Origin: a virus
IMG/VR virus record: IMGVR_UViG_3300021139_002062
Reading direction: 5' to 3' (one strand)
Length of the DNA: 64,000 bases
The notes beneath the pieces are model-generated. The model saw only the letters and a program-made list of their open reading frames with translations, did no database searches and had not been told where the DNA came from. Made by a program: the position numbers and the translations under genes. Shown piece by piece: positions 60,093-64,000 of the stretch (position 1 is its first letter; every line of letters starts with the position of its first letter).

Positions 60093-60293
60093 ATGGCAAA
60101 ATGGAAAATACAACGGAAGTTATACGGCATTGACAATTGGGATGAGAGCGAAGACTGCGAACTATACACCAATTATCAAGAGGCACTAAGTGAGATTAGA
60201 GAATTTATAAAAGACTGCGAGAATGCATATCACCAAGGTTTTATGAGTGATTATCCAGCATTCGAGGATTTTAGAATCAAGAAGGTAGAATGA
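60093..60293 (+). CDS. Hypothetical protein (66 aa)
   Basis: ATG 60093 lies 2 nt after the upstream stop. Confidence 0.55.
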   Translation: MAKWKIQRKLYGIDNWDESEDCELYTNYQEALSEIREFIKDCENAYHQGFMSDYPAFEDFRIKKVE

Positions 60294-60414
60294 GAAAACC
60301 ATTAGGGCAAACCCTGGTGTTGTTTCCTAGCAACATTAGGGTTTATCCTAGTAGTTTTTTGGTGGTGTGTTGTTCATAATGGTTATATCAATTTTTTTAT
60401 AGGAGGTAGTAAAA

Positions 60415-60582
60415 ATGAATAAAGTACAATTAAATATTGTCATGGATGTTTATGTTAGTGACGACTATTTGGAAAAATTAAAGAATCAATTATTTTTGGA
60501 AATATTAAAACACTGTTTCAAAAATAACCACAAGACTTTAATTAGCAATTCAATGAAAATTATTGACGAAAAGGGAGTTTAA
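60415..60582 (+). CDS. Hypothetical protein (55 aa)
   Basis: Hand-translated, with an AGGAGG RBS 8 nt upstream. Confidence 0.5.
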   Translation: MNKVQLNIVMDVYVSDDYLEKLKNQLFLEILKHCFKNNHKTLISNSMKIIDEKGV

Positions 60583-60583
60583 T

Positions 60584-60814
60584 ATGGATTATAGTGATCG
60601 TATTTTGGCAAGTAACGGAAAGATTTTTACAGTAACTTTCCTAAAAAAGGATGGCACTATTCGGGTATTGAATGGTCGTTTAGGTGTGAAAAAATACCTA
60701 AAAGGTGGTGAGAGTACTTTGGATAAGGATCAATTTATTACCGTTTATGATATGCAATCTAAAGGGTATAGAGCGATTAATAAATCAACAATTATTGATG
60801 TGAAAGGGGTTTAA
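60584..60814 (+). CDS. Hypothetical beta-rich protein (76 aa)
   Basis: ATG 60584 sits behind AAGGGAG. Confidence 0.55.
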   Translation: MDYSDRILASNGKIFTVTFLKKDGTIRVLNGRLGVKKYLKGGESTLDKDQFITVYDMQSKGYRAINKSTIIDVKGV

Positions 60815-60815
60815 A

Positions 60816-61196
60816 ATGGGTAGATACTATAATGGTGATGTGGAGGGTAAATTTTGGTTTGGTGTGCAGTCTTCGAGTGATGGAGAATTTTTTGGTGCAG
60901 TACCTACGGCAGTTGAGTACTCTGTGGGGGACATTAAACAAGTCGAATTGGGTATTGAGGCATGTAAATTCGCATTGGGTGATCATTTAAACAAACTAAC
61001 CCAGTTTTTTAATAGTCATAATGGGTACAATGATGGGATGATTATTGAGTACTATAAAACCAATTTCAACGAGCCAATGAGTGAGAAAATCATCCGAGAG
61101 TTATTGGAGTGGTATGCTCGATTAGAATTAGGTACTCAGATATACAACCATATGAAAGAAAACGAATATGGTTGTACCTTTACGGCAGAGTTGTAA
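60816..61196 (+). CDS. Hypothetical protein (126 aa)
   Basis: ORF with the conserved-looking motif GDVEGKFWFGVQSS. Confidence 0.6.
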   Translation: MGRYYNGDVEGKFWFGVQSSSDGEFFGAVPTAVEYSVGDIKQVELGIEACKFALGDHLNKLTQFFNSHNGYNDGMIIEYYKTNFNEPMSEKIIRELLEWYARLELGTQIYNHMKENEYGCTFTAEL

Positions 61197-61279
61197 TCCT
61201 GGCATCGATTAAGGATTTTTCCTAATGGGAGAATCCTTAAATGGATGTCATGATAGAGTTAATTAAACAAGGAGGTTGT

Positions 61280-61492
61280 ATGAGTGAAAACAAAGAGTAT
61301 TACATTACCTTATCAATTACCGTTGAAAAAACTATTAAGGTGATTGAGGATAATGAGGAGGATGCCATTAGTGCAGCGGTTGAGGAATTTGACATTTTGC
61401 CAAGTGATTGGAAGAATGACGATGCTAAACTGGTGTGGGTGGATGTGGAAGAAATTTATGAAGAGGAGGATGATCGTGAACTTTATCGTTAA
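61280..61492 (+). CDS. Hypothetical acidic protein (70 aa)
   Basis: ATG 61280 sits behind AAGGAGG. Confidence 0.55.
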   Translation: MSENKEYYITLSITVEKTIKVIEDNEEDAISAAVEEFDILPSDWKNDDAKLVWVDVEEIYEEEDDRELYR

Positions 61493-61688
61493 ATCAAGTA
61501 ATAGGTGGGAAAATGGATTTTATTATTGTGAATTATCGCTTCGTGATATTATGGAGTTGTTTTTTAACGATGATGGTGACGAACAACTAGACGATATGCT
61601 GGAAGGTATCGTAAACTTACCTATAAGTGGTATTTTTACTTACGAGTTATTTATGAATGATGTTTATACTTTTAGGAGAATTGCATGA
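61470..61688 (+). CDS. Hypothetical acidic protein (about 72 aa)
   Basis: The start is ATG 61470 or GTG 61476, behind GAGGAGG. Confidence 0.5.
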   Translation: MIVNFIVKSSNRWENGFYYCELSLRDIMELFFNDDGDEQLDDMLEGIVNLPISGIFTYELFMNDVYTFRRIA

Positions 61689-61912
61689 CCAATTTTTATC
61701 GGTTTGAATTGATTGTAGAAATCAGTCAAGAAGAGGTTTATAACTATTGTGAGGTATCTAATAAGGGTAACGGTGACGCCCTTTTAGAAATTACCGATAC
61801 CATGTATTTGGGTTTATCGTGTATTGACGGCATGTTAAATCGGCAATATGAAATTGATGGGGCAGATTCTTATGTGCATTCTGTCACGAATGAAGATGGG
61901 GATGAGGTGTGA
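61685..61912 (+). CDS. Hypothetical acidic protein (75 aa)
   Basis: ATGA-coupled ORF. Confidence 0.55.
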   Translation: MTNFYRFELIVEISQEEVYNYCEVSNKGNGDALLEITDTMYLGLSCIDGMLNRQYEIDGADSYVHSVTNEDGDEV

Positions 61913-61913
61913 A

Positions 61914-62069
61914 ATGAAAGTAAAAGATCTAATTAATCAGTTGCAAGAATGCGACCAGGAGCAAGAAGTTTATATTTATATTCACTACGAACGCTATACA
62001 CCAGTTTTAATTGTGGATGAATTGGATGATTGTGTGGATGTGTGTGCCGATATGGAAAAGGAGTATTAA
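61914..62069 (+). CDS. Hypothetical acidic protein (51 aa)
   Basis: ATG 61914 lies 1 nt after the upstream stop. Confidence 0.45.
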   Translation: MKVKDLINQLQECDQEQEVYIYIHYERYTPVLIVDELDDCVDVCADMEKEY

Positions 62070-62070
62070 C

Positions 62071-62271
62071 ATGACAAAAGACGAATTAGTTGCCCTATTA
62101 CTTGAGGACGATGAAGAGCGATTTTTTACGGACAGTGAGAAGGATGCCCTAAGTTGGTTTTTATACCTAAGAGAGTATGGCTGTGAGGGGTATTCCAATT
62201 GGGACGAAGAGTCCTTATATCAAGAGTGTTTAGATCGTGAAATTATTGAAAGAGAAGGGGAAGAACTGTGA
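62071..62271 (+). CDS. Hypothetical acidic protein (66 aa)
   Basis: ATG 62071 sits behind AAGGAG. Confidence 0.55.
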   Translation: MTKDELVALLLEDDEERFFTDSEKDALSWFLYLREYGCEGYSNWDEESLYQECLDREIIEREGEEL

Positions 62272-62492
62272 AATCCATTTATTTTGCGTATTATGATTCG
62301 AGGAACTTTAGGTTTGAGGCATTTGGTACAACCGAAACAGAGGCAAGAACTGCTCTTCTGAATGGACTAAAACAACATGCCTATGAGTATGTTAGTCGTA
62401 TTGAAGATCCTCATTGGTGGTTTGACGAGGATATTGTAGTGGAGTGCCGCAAGATGGGAATTTGTTATCGTGATAGAGAGGAACTAATATGA
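62268..62492 (+). CDS. Hypothetical protein (74 aa)
   Basis: GTGA-coupled ORF (GTG start overlapping the upstream TGA). Confidence 0.55.
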   Translation: MKSIYFAYYDSRNFRFEAFGTTETEARTALLNGLKQHAYEYVSRIEDPHWWFDEDIVVECRKMGICYRDREELI

Positions 62493-62680
62493 AATCTGAA
62501 TTATATGACATCGCTGAAGATATTTTTTACAAATTAGAGGCAGAACAATTTTCAACAAGTGATTCTCCTTGGCCAGACTCTTATCGACTTGTTTTTATCA
62601 TGGGGTTTGTGCAAGGGTATCGTTTTTTAAATGACAATGGTCAAAAATGTGATCAGAATTTATTAAAGGACATAGTATGA
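62489..62680 (+). CDS. Hypothetical protein (63 aa)
   Basis: ATGA-coupled ORF. Confidence 0.55.
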   Translation: MKSELYDIAEDIFYKLEAEQFSTSDSPWPDSYRLVFIMGFVQGYRFLNDNGQKCDQNLLKDIV

Positions 62681-63015
62681 ATATGACATTCAACAAAGCA
62701 AGTGATGCTATTAGTTATATCCAAGAAAACCAATTAGGCAATGTGCCAGTCATTCTTAATTGGGACTTAACCAAAAAACCCAAAGTGGAGGTGTGGTTTG
62801 GCACGATGGAATTTGGTCGGTTTGTTATTGCCAATGATGATCAATATGAAATGTGTGTAATCCATGACATTGCTGAGAAGTTGTGGTTAGAGGAGGATGA
62901 TGACATTATTGAAGATTACATGGCTAGTAATGGGTATGGTGGGTACTTGATTCCTTCCCAGTACAAAGGTGAAGTGGTGTATACCGAACAGTATGTAAGG
63001 GATAATGCACAATGA
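62677..63015 (+). CDS. Hypothetical acidic protein (112 aa)
   Basis: ATGA-coupled ORF. Confidence 0.55.
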   Translation: MNMTFNKASDAISYIQENQLGNVPVILNWDLTKKPKVEVWFGTMEFGRFVIANDDQYEMCVIHDIAEKLWLEEDDDIIEDYMASNGYGGYLIPSQYKGEVVYTEQYVRDNAQ

Positions 63016-63287
63016 AAAAAACTTTACTGTGTTTACTGTTAACTTTCAACTGCCAGGCGAAGGACTTGGCATATACATCCAATGTCATTGGTGGGATCAC
63101 TGTTTTGACGGACATGGTGTGTCGGTATAACAGTGAGTTGATGGAGGCATATGCAACCAATGCCAAAAACCAAAAAACCTTTGCGTGTTATTTGTTGCGT
63201 GATACCAGTGTGTATTTTTTATTGGAGGATGATTCGGTTCGAGTACTGCCAAAGAAACAATTTCGTTTAATGGGGGAGTCGGTATGA
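63012..63287 (+). CDS. Secreted small protein (91 aa) with N-terminal signal peptide
   Basis: N-terminus MKKTLLCLLLTFNCQAKD. Confidence 0.5.
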   Translation: MKKTLLCLLLTFNCQAKDLAYTSNVIGGITVLTDMVCRYNSELMEAYATNAKNQKTFACYLLRDTSVYFLLEDDSVRVLPKKQFRLMGESV

Positions 63288-63430
63288 CTCGAGTATTACG
63301 CTATATTGGTCTATTTATCTTGGGGTATTTTGTATTAATATCCCAAGGTTGGGACAATTACATTTTGCCACAATGGATCTTAATCTTTTTGGTAGCCAGT
63401 CACGAATTTTTATTGAAAAGGATAAAATAA
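63284..63430 (+). CDS. Small two-TM peptide (48 aa)
   Basis: Hand-translated: MTRVLRYIGLFILGYFVLIS...WILIFLVASHEF. ATGA overlap. Confidence 0.4.
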   Translation: MTRVLRYIGLFILGYFVLISQGWDNYILPQWILIFLVASHEFLLKRIK

Positions 63431-63651
63431 TGCGAACCTATTACCCACCAATTCCAAGAAGACCCGTTAAAGAAGTACTCAATGAAAAATTACCTTGTTC
63501 AAATTGTGATAAGCGAGTACAATGTGACATAGAGCGTAAAGCCTGTGTGGATTTTATGCACTATAGTAATAGTGGTCGGTTTGGTAAATTGCATGATCGT
63601 GTACCAACTCGCCAAATTTACAATACGATATTTTGGGAGAATGACGAATGA
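63430..63651 (+). CDS. Small Cys-rich protein (73 aa)
   Basis: ATG 63430. Contains CSNCDKRVQCDIERKAC. It is ATGA-coupled to the methyltransferase. Confidence 0.5.
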   Translation: MRTYYPPIPRRPVKEVLNEKLPCSNCDKRVQCDIERKACVDFMHYSNSGRFGKLHDRVPTRQIYNTIFWENDE

Positions 63652-64000
63652 AGTATTTATCAGTATGTAGTGGTGTCGAGGCTGCCACAGTGGCTTGGCA
63701 TCAAATGGGATGGACACCAGTCGCATTTAGTGAGATTGAACCTTTCCCATCAGCCGTTTTAGCACATCATTATCCCCATGTGCCTAATTTAGGGGATATG
63801 ACTAAATTTAAGGAGTGGAATTTAAATGAATCAATTGACCTTGTTGTCGGAGGAACACCTTGCCAATCTTTCTCAGTCGCTGGACTTAGGAAAGGACTCG
63901 AAGATCCAAGAGGAAACCTCGCTCTCACCTATATTGCAATTCTTGACAAGTTTAAGCCCAAATGGTGCGTTTGGGAAAATGTGCCAGGTGTCCTCAGTTC
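63648..64000 (+). CDS. DNA (cytosine-5) methyltransferase, 5' part (runs off the window)
   Basis: Not in the track because there is no stop in the window. Motif I-like LSVCSGVEAA, motif IV GGTPCQSFS and motif VI ENVPG. Confidence 0.85.
   Translation, partial: MKYLSVCSGVEAATVAWHQMGWTPVAFSEIEPFPSAVLAHHYPHVPNLGDMTKFKEWNLNESIDLVVGGTPCQSFSVAGLRKGLEDPRGNLALTYIAILDKFKPKWCVWENVPGVLS

Noticed and set aside
57816-60350. A CRISPR array as the explanation for the repeated motifs.
   Set aside because: The repeats are short palindromes of two or three families with irregular spacing. There is no uniform repeat-spacer periodicity and no cas genes.

Overview
This window is a 64-kb stretch of a tailed dsDNA bacteriophage genome. 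It is moderately AT-rich, most genes have Shine-Dalgarno sites, and the lysis cassette (SAR endolysin plus nested spanins) indicates a Gram-negative host. There is no integrase, attachment site or host gene.

Three transcription blocks are visible:
- Block 1 (225-21414, + strand): about 45 tightly packed genes. They include a prim-pol/SF3 helicase, VRR-NUC, an SNF2 helicase, DUF3310, a tRNA-Trp-like gene, a TerS-like HTH protein, endonuclease VII, a Cas4-like DUF2800 nuclease, a DUF2815 SSB, a class II ribonucleotide reductase, a phosphoesterase/RNA-ligase/kinase trio and a family A DNA polymerase. Many tiny membrane peptides lie between them.
- Block 2 (21415-57389, - strand): packaging (TerL preceded by a free-standing Hint/LAGLIDADG-like ORF), portal, GroES-like protein, scaffold, capsid, fibres with long (Gly-Tyr-Ser)n tracts flanking a three-gene glycosyltransferase island, the lysis cassette, tail proteins, two paralogous GIY-YIG homing endonucleases and large Gly-rich internal proteins.
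- Block 3 (57.4-64 kb, + strand): small acidic early genes, ending in a truncated C5 DNA methyltransferase.

The most interesting signals are non-coding:
- A fixed-spacing two-block promoter-like motif (TAGGGCG-N17-GCATTAGT-N6-A) heads all seven middle/late operons. Two of these operons are predicted to be leaderless.
- A 20-nt purine-rich junction cassette precedes eight consecutive genes.
- A ~120-bp element with an A24-28 tract and 9-mer iterons is present twice, 57.4 kb apart.
- A 300-bp ORF-free array combines two different perfect palindromes (TGCACCA-N3-TGGTGCA and AGTGAGTACTCACT).
- An operator-like TAGGGT-AA-ACCCTA motif is repeated through the early region.

All product calls rest on motifs read by eye and recalled family signatures. 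No database search was possible.
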